DNA of 31,401 nt from Crocosphaera sp. (GTDB lineage Bacteria > Cyanobacteriota > Cyanobacteriia > Cyanobacteriales > Microcystaceae), in assembly GCA_051439445.1 (NCBI GenBank), contig JBFRWG010000063.1, forward strand, positions 1 to 31,401, in the 5' to 3' direction. Below, one piece after another: positions 18,027 to 26,070 of the stretch (position 1 is the first letter of the stretch; each line of letters opens with the position of its first letter). The notes beneath the pieces were generated by a model that was not told where the DNA came from, searched no databases, and saw nothing but the letters and a program-made list of their open reading frames with translations. The position numbers and the translations under genes are program-made.

Positions 18027-18443
18027 ATGGTTCAGGCTAAAGAAAATAAAAAAAGTGATCTTGCTGCTATCCCTTTCTCTGTCGCTCATAGCGGAGTTGC
18101 TGCCACGGAAATGCGTCCGTGGGGTTCCTTTACTACCCTAGAAGAAGGGCCCGGTTATAAGATCAAACGGATTGAAGTTAATCCAGGTCATCGTCTTAGC
18201 CTACAAATGCACCATCATCGTAGCGAACACTGGATTGTGGTATCTGGAACCGCTAAAGTGACTTGTGGCGACACAGAAAAGATTTTAGCGGCAAATCAGT
18301 CCACTTATGTTCCTCAATGTACCTCCCATCGTTTAGAAAACCCAGGGGTCATTAAACTAATCCTGATTGAAGTGCAAAATGGGGAATATTTAGGAGAAGA
18401 CGATATCATTCGTTTTCAGGATGACTATTCCCGTCATAAATAG
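18027..18443 (+). CDS. Stand-alone cupin protein equivalent to the C-terminal mannose-6-phosphate isomerase (type II) domain of ManC/XanB enzymes
   Basis: RPWGSFTTLEEGPGYKIKRIEVNPGHRLSLQMHHHRSEHWIVVSGTAKVTCGD…YVPQCTSHRLENPG…LIEVQNGEYLGEDDIIRFQDDYSR matches the ManC cupin region. The ORF track extends to 17964 (TTG), but ATG 18027 (MVQAKENKK) is the more plausible start. Confidence 0.8.
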   Translation: MVQAKENKKSDLAAIPFSVAHSGVAATEMRPWGSFTTLEEGPGYKIKRIEVNPGHRLSLQMHHHRSEHWIVVSGTAKVTCGDTEKILAANQSTYVPQCTSHRLENPGVIKLILIEVQNGEYLGEDDIIRFQDDYSRHK

Positions 18444-18475
18444 TTGATTCGTTATCATTCATAGCTCTCTTGTCC

Positions 18476-18533
18476 GGTGGGTTGGGCTACGGAATAAAAA
18501 CATGATGAGTTTTTACGCCCAACCCAACCCGCC
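18476..18533 (+). terminator. GC-rich long-range inverted repeat with a nested A/T hairpin, downstream of the cupin gene
   Basis: gggttgggc (18479..18487) pairs perfectly with gcccaaccc (18517..18525), extendable by ggt/aac with one mismatch. The loop contains aaaaac…gttttt. It is followed by cattttaaa. It begins 33 nt after the cupin stop. Confidence 0.4.
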
Positions 18534-18557
18534 ATTTTAAATATTTAGTTGCTCAAA

Positions 18558-18591
18558 AGCTTGCCCCGTGCCGATCAGCACGGGGCAAGCT
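18558..18591. terminator. Perfect 14-bp GC-rich stem-loop between convergent genes (likely aroF / bidirectional terminator)
   Basis: agcttgccccgtgc (18558..18571), loop cgatca, then gcacggggcaagct (18578..18591) as the exact reverse complement. It lies 55 nt downstream of the aroF stop (minus strand), and on that strand it is followed by tttgag. Confidence 0.6.
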
Positions 18592-18645
18592 AGCTTGGGA
18601 GTTAATTATTGCCTCATTGGCTCTGTGTTCGCGCCTTAACTGTCC

Positions 18646-19704
18646 TTAAGCCAAAGCAACAGCAGCTTTTGGCCAACGGTTTAAGGTTGTGCCAACGATT
18701 GATAATTCTTGCATCACACGATCAAAGTTATCCGGTGTCAAAGACTGAGGGCCATCAGATAGCGCTTTAGCGGGGTTAGGATGAACTTCAATCATTAACG
18801 AGTCCGTTCCGGCTGCGATCGCTGCTGCGGCCATAGCAGGAACATATTCTGATTTTCCGGTTCCATGACTGGGATCGATCATGATGGGTAAATGGGTCAA
18901 GGAGCGAAGCACGGGTAACACTGATAAGTCTACGGTATTACGAGTATATTTCCCGTCAAAGGTACGAATACCCCTTTCACAGAGAATCACATTGGGGTTT
19001 CCTGATGCCAAAACGTATTCAGCTGCCATCAACCATTCATCGATGGTAGCTGACATTCCTCGTTTGAGGAGAACAGGTTTATCTTGTGCGCCAACTTTTT
19101 TCAGGAGGGCAAAGTTTTGCATATTTCTCGCCCCAACTTGTACCACGTCAGCAACTTCCCCAATTTTATCTAAGTCGGCTGCATCCATGACTTCTGTGAT
19201 AATACCTAACCCACTAGCTTCTCTGGCTGCAGCTAAGAGTTCTAAAGCACTTTCGCCGTGGCCTTGGAAGGAGTAAGGAGAAGTCCGAGGTTTGTAGGCA
19301 CCTCCTCGTAAAAATTTTGCCCCTGCTGCTTTAACCCGTTTAGCGGTTTCGACGATCATTGCCTCATTTTCCACTGAGCAAGGCCCGGCTACCACAGCAA
19401 CGGGATGATGTTTACCCACTGCTACCGGTCCATCTGGGGTATTAACGATGACCTCACTGTATTCTCCGTGACGGTATTCTAAACTAGCCCGTTTGAAGGG
19501 TTTTTCTACCCGTAACACAGTTTCGATCCAAGGGCTAATTTCTTGTATTTGCAGGGGATCAAGGGAAGCCGTTTCCCCAACTAACCCGATCACGACTTTG
19601 TGTTTACCGACGATTTTCTCAGGATTCAAGCCCCAACCTTCAAATTCTTGGCCAATGCGTTGAATTTCCTCGGCAGGTGAACCAACTTTCATCACGACGA
19701 TCAT
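18646..19704 (-). CDS. aroF: 3-deoxy-7-phosphoheptulonate (DAHP) synthase, type I-beta, with an N-terminal ferredoxin-like regulatory domain
   Basis: Collinear with Thermotoga-type DAHPS as I recall it: MIVVMKVGS… N-domain, then AGPCSVE, RGGAYKPRTSPYSFQG, QVGARNMQNF, PVLLKRG, ILCERGIRTF and IDPSHGTG. Confidence 0.93.
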   Translation of the reverse strand: MIVVMKVGSPAEEIQRIGQEFEGWGLNPEKIVGKHKVVIGLVGETASLDPLQIQEISPWIETVLRVEKPFKRASLEYRHGEYSEVIVNTPDGPVAVGKHHPVAVVAGPCSVENEAMIVETAKRVKAAGAKFLRGGAYKPRTSPYSFQGHGESALELLAAAREASGLGIITEVMDAADLDKIGEVADVVQVGARNMQNFALLKKVGAQDKPVLLKRGMSATIDEWLMAAEYVLASGNPNVILCERGIRTFDGKYTRNTVDLSVLPVLRSLTHLPIMIDPSHGTGKSEYVPAMAAAAIAAGTDSLMIEVHPNPAKALSDGPQSLTPDNFDRVMQELSIVGTTLNRWPKAAVALA

Positions 19705-20422
19705 AATTTTTTCCTCTAGGGTTAATGATAGGTGCTTGTTTGGATTTTATGCGTTTTGTTTCGGTTGACGTTTAGATTAGAAACAGCAGTGGATCATCCT
19801 TGGCATTTTTCCCCTTGCCTGTACTGAACTTGTGGGAAAGAAAACAACTAATAGGTACATTTCTATGGGGTAAGCCATTCTATCTTCATGGTGACATCCT
19901 CATACCTAGTCCGCTTCCATCAGGGTTTCCCTAACTAACGACAAAGTATTGGGATATCATTCCCGTTGAGACGAGGTTTCGTCACTTATATAGAACACAT
20001 TGGTAAAAACAATGAAACATCTCCCATTGTCCCCCGACAGAACGACTAATCAGGAATTTTCGTTTCCCAGAGTACCTGGGGATTTTTATTCATTGTCTAG
20101 TTATCAAGGTGATTGAGAACTAGACACTCGGTATCTGATTTATGCAATTTTTATCGTATTTCCCAAGTTCTCGAGGTCCCGTCTTATGACTGTCTTTCAC
20201 TCTCATCTTGGATGGATACACTCCAATTCGGGCTGCAATTCACTATTCTTTCCTCACCACCACACCCATCTTATCACAAAACCTCTTACCCGTCTCTCAT
20301 CCTCGATTGAGGAACGAAAACCTCACTCCGTGATTGATTGGTAAGGATTCTTGACAGTTTTAAGGAAAGCATTATCTCCATAACTCCTTAAATTTCCCCC
20401 CACTAGCCCCAAAATATTTGAT

Positions 20423-21079
20423 TTACTGAGGAGGAGTCTCAGAAGAAGGTTCTTCAGACGGCGTTGTTTCCGTAGGAGGTGGGGATAAGTCAGGTTCTGG
20501 TTCTGTGATTTCAGGACTAGGAATGAAAAATAGTGCAAACGCAGCCACAACCAAACTAGCAATCCCTAACGTAGCAGGAACCGCTCGCTGTGCCAAGGGT
20601 TCATCTGGGGGACGATAACGACGGGAAATCGGTTGCAATTGTAGGGTTAGGTCTGGTAAGGTGCGACTATCAGCAAAAAACTGATCAATGCTTTCTACTA
20701 AATCAAATAATTGAATGGTTGTTAAGAGAATTTCTACCGATTTTTCGCTTTGGGTGCCAGGATACCAAGTTAGGCGATGAAGATGTTCATCGGCAACCCT
20801 CTCTAGATTAATTTTATCTTCTTCCGCTTGACCATAAACAGGATGGGGAATGCCACTGAGATACCCTTGAGTATATTCACTCACTGTTTTTGCCAAATTC
20901 TCCAGCAAATCACGACCCCCTTGTAATTTTTCCTCAATCCCCATAAATTGACATTGAACATTGACCAAAATGGAAAGGACAGGACGAGGATCGCTGGTAT
21001 CACTGGGAGATAGACTATTACTCAATCCTTCTAAGAGTAATGTGCAATTCGGTAAACTATATTTACGTTGAATATTCAC
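20423..21079 (-). CDS. DUF4335 domain protein (conserved cyanobacterial hypothetical) with a C-terminal TM helix and Pro/Glu/Thr-rich tail
   Basis: N-terminus (M)NIQRKYSLPNCTLLLEGLSN…PVLSILVNVQCQFMG…LQGGRDLLENL fits my memory of DUF4335. The C-terminus is LGIASLVVAAFALFFIP followed by PEITEPEPDLSPPPTETTPSEEPSSETPPQ. GTG start at 21079 overlaps the upstream stop (GTGA). Confidence 0.65.
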   Translation of the reverse strand: MNIQRKYSLPNCTLLLEGLSNSLSPSDTSDPRPVLSILVNVQCQFMGIEEKLQGGRDLLENLAKTVSEYTQGYLSGIPHPVYGQAEEDKINLERVADEHLHRLTWYPGTQSEKSVEILLTTIQLFDLVESIDQFFADSRTLPDLTLQLQPISRRYRPPDEPLAQRAVPATLGIASLVVAAFALFFIPSPEITEPEPDLSPPPTETTPSEEPSSETPPQ

Positions 21080-21684
21080 GCAACCTCCCCATCAAATAAA
21101 CTAATCCAAAACCTTTGCAAACCAGTGGTTCCTGTACAGAATAATAGCTGTTTGAGTAATAACAAAGCCAGTTCATTTAACTCTTCTTCCGATGCGAGAT
21201 AAACAGAAACCTTAGCACGACGAGGGTTCATGCGACTACGAAAATGGGCGCGAAATTGATCTAAATACTCAGCTAAAAGAAAGTGACAAGTTACTGGTAA
21301 ACCCTTCTCGCGCATTTGCTGTTCTGCCAGCAATAATTGACGAATTTGTATGGTTAAGGGTTTGACACGATAATTGGCAATGATAACCAAGGCTTTCGCT
21401 TGCTCAATCGTTAAAGTATCACGGGTGTAAGCCCGTCGCCAAGGATTACTCGAACGGAGTCGCCACAGTGCAATACGGTTTTTGATGATGTCCTGAAGAT
21501 TGAAGTGTTTCACCGTTGTTAACATCTTCTCTGAAGCCCCTAATTCCAGGGCCTCAAGAGCTAATAATAAAAGATCGATGTGTTGTTGAAGGCGAGCAGC
21601 ACATCGTTGTCCAGAAATCGTAAAATCTGGCAAAACATCTAAAACAATTGGTTTTGACTCAACAGAAGGATTGAAATCGGACAT
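21076..21684 (-). CDS. DUF3038 domain protein (conserved cyanobacterial hypothetical)
   Basis: 202-aa soluble helical protein. The …QHIDLLLLALEALELGASE… region fits my recollection of DUF3038. There is a 4-nt overlap with the downstream DUF4335 gene. Confidence 0.6.
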   Translation of the reverse strand: MSDFNPSVESKPIVLDVLPDFTISGQRCAARLQQHIDLLLLALEALELGASEKMLTTVKHFNLQDIIKNRIALWRLRSSNPWRRAYTRDTLTIEQAKALVIIANYRVKPLTIQIRQLLLAEQQMREKGLPVTCHFLLAEYLDQFRAHFRSRMNPRRAKVSVYLASEEELNELALLLLKQLLFCTGTTGLQRFWISLFDGEVA

Positions 21685-21884
21685 TGTGCTTACCGAAAAA
21701 TAGGGTTTAAAGCCTCGCCTTTTTAGGGCGACTTTAGATTATAAAGGACTTATCTAAACCATAGCACTAGATATCATATCTCAAATTCAGGATAAGGGGG
21801 CATCTCAGTAGCGAGTAGGGCTTAATATTATTAAGCCCCGACAGAAGTGGTTTTTATTGGTCAAATGAATAACAAAATGCTCAT

Positions 21885-23066
21885 TTAACTTTGAGACAAT
21901 CTTTGTACTGATTCCCCTCCTAATAAGTCATGGGCTTCTACTAGAAAATCAGGAATTTTATCCCGATGGGGACTTTGAATTAAACATTGAGATAAATCCA
22001 ATTTTTCAACATTCTCTGCATTTTGCCCAGGAAACCAATGACCGCCATTTCCCAATAAATTATATCTCTTTTTTCCATATTCGATCATGTCGTAAGCCAG
22101 GGCTAAATTCCGTAGCCATAAAATTGTTTTAATATTAATCTTTCCTGGGGTTGTGTGATGTTCAGGTAAACCATGATGCCAAGTGGTAAACCAATCTTCT
22201 CCTAATACTTTTCTGGCTTCTTCTTCTAATCGAGTCACAATAGGCTCTAGAATCGTTTGGGGATCGTCAAATAAAGAAAGAGTCTTTAAATGCTCGTCAA
22301 AATCCCTAGGATTAGCAGCCCCTAAGCTGAGGGTATGGACTTGCGGATGGGATAAACAAAAAAGATTATTAAATACCATCGGACTTAAGGGTTGACATAA
22401 TTTTACTAATTTTTCAGGAGGATCATAAAGTTTTCCTCCTTTATCAGAAGGACTGATAATAAACACACCCATATCATGTTTATGGGCTGCCTCTATAGCT
22501 GGCCAATTTGTTTGATTAATGTAGTACCAATGGAGATTAACATAATCAAAACAATCCGTTTCTATGGTCTTTTTAATAATTTCTGTAGATCCATGAGTAG
22601 AAAATCCAATAAAACGAACTTTTCCTTGTTCTTGGAATTTTCTGGCTTCATCTAAACAGCCCCCTGGACGTAAACAATAGTCTAAAATTTCATCAGTATT
22701 AATTCCGTGAATTCCTAATAAATCAACATAATCCAACTGTAAAAACTTCAAAGATTTATTAAATTGACGACGGAATTCTTTTGCATCTTCTTTAGGTGAT
22801 ACTTTGGTTTGAATAATTAATTTTTCTCTAGGAAATTTCGGCAAAACCTTGCCCAACTGCATCTCGGATGTGCCATACCCCCTAGCCGTTTCGATGTGAT
22901 TAATTCCTACTTCTAAAGCTCGGTTAATGGTAGCTTCTAAATTCCGTTGATTCTCTCGAGGAATTTGCCAATGAGGAACATCTTTCCACTTATATTGATA
23001 ACGCATTCCGCCACAGGAAAACACTGGCATCTCTAATTCTGTACGACCAAATCTTCGATATTCCAT
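21885..23066 (-). CDS. Aldo/keto reductase family oxidoreductase (long cyanobacterial type with C-terminal extension)
   Basis: MEYRRFGRTELEMPVFSCGGMR…INHIETARGYGTSE…LIIQTKV…YVDLLGIHGIN… is the typical AKR N-terminal and catalytic region (Asp/Tyr/Lys/His context). Confidence 0.85.
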   Translation of the reverse strand: MEYRRFGRTELEMPVFSCGGMRYQYKWKDVPHWQIPRENQRNLEATINRALEVGINHIETARGYGTSEMQLGKVLPKFPREKLIIQTKVSPKEDAKEFRRQFNKSLKFLQLDYVDLLGIHGINTDEILDYCLRPGGCLDEARKFQEQGKVRFIGFSTHGSTEIIKKTIETDCFDYVNLHWYYINQTNWPAIEAAHKHDMGVFIISPSDKGGKLYDPPEKLVKLCQPLSPMVFNNLFCLSHPQVHTLSLGAANPRDFDEHLKTLSLFDDPQTILEPIVTRLEEEARKVLGEDWFTTWHHGLPEHHTTPGKINIKTILWLRNLALAYDMIEYGKKRYNLLGNGGHWFPGQNAENVEKLDLSQCLIQSPHRDKIPDFLVEAHDLLGGESVQRLSQS

Positions 23067-23119
23067 AATAATTAATTGCTAATCCTTAAATAGTTGAATC
23101 TAGAATTTCGTTGATGTTT

Positions 23120-23743
23120 TTAAGCTTGAGCCGGTTGAGTAATTATTTCTAAAATACGTTGCTGATATTCATCTTTAAACAGAGAATCTACGCAAACCTG
23201 GGCCACTTTGGTGCGGGGAATACTTCCCTCAAACAGGGTATCTGCGGATGACACCAGAATTGGCTCTGAGTTATCCTCGTTCTTAAGGCCACCAGGACGG
23301 ACAATCGTGTATTTCAATCCACTATTTTCTAAATAAGTTTCCGCTTGTTTTTTCCAGTATAAAACTAACCAGAAAAGATTTAAGGGATGAAAAAATTGGG
23401 ACACACATAAAGAAGAAACAAGGACAAATTGCTCTATTCCTTGGTCTTTAGCAATATTAACTAAGTTTTTTGTCCCTTGATAGTCCACCTGATAAGGTCC
23501 GCTAGGATCAAGGCTAGGTCTGGCACCTGTAGCACACACCAATACGGTACAGTCCGCTACAGCTTTGGTTACACTGTCGAGATCCAGAACATCCCCTACT
23601 ACTAACTCGGCCTCAGGGGGTAATACTTGTTTCCCTGTCTCCAGATTACGAACCAATGCTCTAACGGCAACTTGACGATTGACCAATTCTCGGACAATTC
23701 GACGGCCCGTTTCTCCTGTTGCTCCTGCTACTAAGGCTTTCAT
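23120..23743 (-). CDS. NAD(P)H-binding atypical SDR (NmrA/Tic62-like) protein
   Basis: Rossmann motif MKALVAGATGETGRRIVRELV. The 207-aa length and …VLVSSL…RPGGL… are typical of NAD(P)-binding domain proteins. Confidence 0.8.
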   Translation of the reverse strand: MKALVAGATGETGRRIVRELVNRQVAVRALVRNLETGKQVLPPEAELVVGDVLDLDSVTKAVADCTVLVCATGARPSLDPSGPYQVDYQGTKNLVNIAKDQGIEQFVLVSSLCVSQFFHPLNLFWLVLYWKKQAETYLENSGLKYTIVRPGGLKNEDNSEPILVSSADTLFEGSIPRTKVAQVCVDSLFKDEYQQRILEIITQPAQA

Positions 23744-23889
23744 GGTTACACTCCTTGAACTTGATTTAAAATAAATGCTGTAACATTTCTTTATTGTATG
23801 AAGTTTCGTAACTTTCGTGAAATTTTAGGAGTTTGACCAGCTAAGACCAATCCCTAAATCCCTGTCAACTAACTTTTTAAGCAATCATC

Positions 23890-24636
23890 ATGCAATGTCA
23901 ATGGCTCAATAATCATCCTCAGAAGCTATCTAAGGTATCCGTTACCCATCTTGAACCTGAGCAGCTATCAGAACTCACAGAAAGCAATCCAGTGCATTTT
24001 AAGACCCAATTTGTGGGCTATATGGAAATGTATAGTGATACTGAAACAGTGGCTAATTATCTCAATGCTCATCAAGGTTGGTTTTGTCGTTGTGCTGCCC
24101 CCATGCAAACAGAACCCATTGGCGACAATGGTTATGTTTTAAGAGTGGGACGGTTTGGTTCTTTTGGTTACGAAGTTGAACCAAAATTAGCTGTTGTTAT
24201 TGAACCTCCGGTCAATGGGGTTTATTGGATGCACAGTATTCCTATTCCTAATGAACCCTATTTGGGTTATGAGGTTGATTATGAAGCTTCGATGACCATT
24301 AAAGAAATATCCCCTAAATTAGGGGATAAAGCCCTAGAAAAAGCCTTTAAAAAACACAAGTGTTCTAACATACCTCAAAAAATCACAAAAGTTGAATGGC
24401 ATTTGGCCATGGATGTGGCGGTTCAGTTTCCTCCATTTATCCGTAAGTTGCCCCTGTCTATGATTCAAAAAACAGGCGATCGCTTGTTAACTCAAATCGT
24501 TCGTCAGATTTCTCCTCGCTTAACCTACAAAGTTCAGCAAGATTTTCATAGTGGACAAAATCTCCCTATCCCTCCCAAAAGTAGCCGTCATTTGGAGAAA
24601 ATTGACCTATCCCTTCACCAGGAAGAAGCTGCATAG
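23890..24636 (+). CDS. DUF1997-like conserved cyanobacterial hypothetical protein
   Basis: YLNAHQGWF…EPIGDNGYVLRVGRFGSFGYEVEPKLAVVIEP resembles the DUF1997 core as I recall it. The start codon is uncertain because several in-frame ATGs follow. Confidence 0.5.
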   Translation: MQCQWLNNHPQKLSKVSVTHLEPEQLSELTESNPVHFKTQFVGYMEMYSDTETVANYLNAHQGWFCRCAAPMQTEPIGDNGYVLRVGRFGSFGYEVEPKLAVVIEPPVNGVYWMHSIPIPNEPYLGYEVDYEASMTIKEISPKLGDKALEKAFKKHKCSNIPQKITKVEWHLAMDVAVQFPPFIRKLPLSMIQKTGDRLLTQIVRQISPRLTYKVQQDFHSGQNLPIPPKSSRHLEKIDLSLHQEEAA

Positions 24637-24792
24637 TCTTATCAAATCACCAGAATGGGGGCTGTAACAAAAGTTTATATATTTTTGTAACATTACTTAA
24701 AAAAAAAGAAACCATCCCAGGTATTATGGACTATGGATTTTTTAACCTCGCTGTCCTTAAATATTAATCATTGGCTAAATTTAGGAGAAAAC

Positions 24793-24912
24793 ATGGAGTT
24801 ATTAGCTGCACTCAATTTAGAACCGATTTTTCAATTAACCTTTGTTGGGTTGATCGTCATTGCAGGTCCGATCGTCATTGCTCTGTTAGCGTTTCGAGGG
24901 GGTGATCTCTAA
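24793..24912 (+). CDS. psb30: Photosystem II protein Psb30 (Ycf12), 39 aa; absent from the ORF track
   Basis: Hand translation gives [39 protein letters not shown]. This matches the Ycf12 pattern …(V/I)xAQLTxxxxIxxAGPxxIxLLAxRxGNL: a single TM helix with a basic/Gly C-terminus. GGAG Shine-Dalgarno 8 nt upstream, and a terminator follows. Confidence 0.8.
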   Translation: MELLAALNLEPIFQLTFVGLIVIAGPIVIALLAFRGGDL

Positions 24913-24945
24913 AGGACAGAAAAATTCAATTTTTTGTCCCTTACT

Positions 24946-24979
24946 CATACCTTCCTAGTCTTAGGGAGGTATGTTTTTG
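24946..24979 (+). terminator. Rho-independent terminator of psb30
   Basis: cataccttccta (24946..24957) pairs with tagggaggtatg (24962..24973) as 12 bp including one G-U, with a 4-nt loop, followed by TTTTTG. Confidence 0.75.
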
Positions 24980-25088
24980 AATTGAGAATTAAGAAATAAA
25001 ATTAAAGAAATTTTTAAGAGAGATTAAAGTAGTAATTATTTATAATAAATATCAAGAAATAAAGAATAATCGCCACAGGAAACTATCA

Positions 25089-25748
25089 ATGAGCAGTGAT
25101 CACAGTGCTGAATTGCCCCTTTGGGTACAAGATCGCAATACGGTCTTAGATCATGATAAAGGAGTTAAATGGCGAAATGGAGAAAAGCCAGACTATTCCC
25201 ATACAGACCAATTTTTACACAAAGAAAGCAAGTACAATCACCCCCCAGGATCATTAGAGGCGATCGCCCAAAATTTAGTGAGAACCTTTGAAATGGAAGC
25301 GTCTCATAAAACTGATCCTCAACAATGGTTATCCATTGTTGCTGATAAGTTTCAAATGAGTAGTAATGGCGGCCCTATGTATAGCGCACAAGATGTAAGT
25401 GATCAAGGCACTTATAATCTTTTTATTGATAAAACCCCAGGTTATGATCCCACCGCAGAAGATTTTCAATCCTCGTTTGAATTGTTTCATAAAGCTTTTC
25501 CCAATGGTTTCTTATGGGAACTAATTGAGGTGTTATCTGGACCGCCAAATGTGACGTTTAAATGGCGACATTGGGGAACCTTTAGCGGCCCATATAAAGA
25601 CTATCAACCCACGGGAGAAACCATTGAAATTAGGGGTATGAGTATTGCTAAAGTCACAGATAATCTAAAAATCATCTCAGTTGAGCATTATTTTGACAAT
25701 AGTACCTTTCTTAAAAAGTTGACCTCTGGTTGTCCTTTTCATCAATAG
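25089..25748 (+). CDS. SnoaL-like / NTF2-fold protein resembling plant 'pathogen-related protein' homologs
   Basis: 219-aa soluble protein. The C-terminal half, …FKWRHWGTFSGPYKDYQPTGETIEIRGMSIAKVTDNLKIISVEHYFD, has the SnoaL-like polyketide-cyclase pattern. The assignment is from memory and of modest strength. Confidence 0.5.
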   Translation: MSSDHSAELPLWVQDRNTVLDHDKGVKWRNGEKPDYSHTDQFLHKESKYNHPPGSLEAIAQNLVRTFEMEASHKTDPQQWLSIVADKFQMSSNGGPMYSAQDVSDQGTYNLFIDKTPGYDPTAEDFQSSFELFHKAFPNGFLWELIEVLSGPPNVTFKWRHWGTFSGPYKDYQPTGETIEIRGMSIAKVTDNLKIISVEHYFDNSTFLKKLTSGCPFHQ

Positions 25749-25962
25749 TTGAATGGTTTATGACAATACTGTGTAGGTTTTGCTTGGAAACCACTTGATC
25801 AAGGTAGTTGAGAATGAAGAATGTAGAGTGAGCAGAAAAATTAATTCTATATTCTACATTACTCAATATTTTTCATTCTCAATTTTTGCTGCTTCCGGCC
25901 CTTCTTTCTAGTTTAGCAAGGTAATATAATCAATATATAAGTCACAACTTTCAATACAAGAT

Positions 25963-26070
25963 ATGGTTAAAATTATTCGTCGTCAATCCCTAGGAACACG
26001 GGATGTCTATGACATTGGAGTGGCCAAAGATCATAACTTTTTACTAGAAAATGGACTAATTGCCTCTAAC
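25963..26070 (+). other. Split DnaE intein C-terminal fragment (IntC, 36 codons)
   Basis: Close match to remembered Npu/Ssp IntC (MIKIATRKYLGKQNVYDIGVERDHNFALKNGFIASN|CFN). The terminal Asn codon ends at 26070 and the Cys+1 codon tgt is at 26071..26073. Confidence 0.9.

Noticed and set aside
18881-19276. 131-aa plus-strand ORF antisense to aroF
   Set aside because: The aroF frame is unambiguous. The antisense ORF is a by-product of the locally higher G+C content.
19705-20422. RNase P RNA, tmRNA, 6S RNA, a T-box or a known riboswitch in the long aroF-upstream spacer
   Set aside because: On either strand I could not find the motifs I know: GGAAAGTCCGG of RNase P P4, a tRNA-like GGGG…TCCACCA end of tmRNA, or the T-box AGGGTGGNACCGCG. 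The absence is judged by eye only, so a covariance-model scan is still needed.
20113-20562. Track ORFs 20113..20310 (+) and 20323..20562 (-) as genes filling the spacer
   Set aside because: They are low-complexity with no family resemblance and no Shine-Dalgarno. The second is largely an alternative frame of the DUF4335 gene's 3' end.
20590-20811. 73-aa plus-strand ORF antisense to the DUF4335 gene
   Set aside because: It is a shadow ORF with no supporting signals.
18450-21700. The locally higher G+C of the aroF to DUF3038 block as a sign of horizontal acquisition
   Set aside because: The genes are core cyanobacterial genes, a HIP1 site is present in aroF, and no mobility genes or repeats flank the block. 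The composition is more simply explained by conserved protein sequence and codon usage.
22183-22395. 70-aa plus-strand ORF antisense to the aldo/keto reductase gene
   Set aside because: It is a shadow ORF with no supporting signals.
23951-24142. 63-aa alternative-frame ORF within the DUF1997-like gene
   Set aside because: It is out of frame with the longer, family-like CDS.
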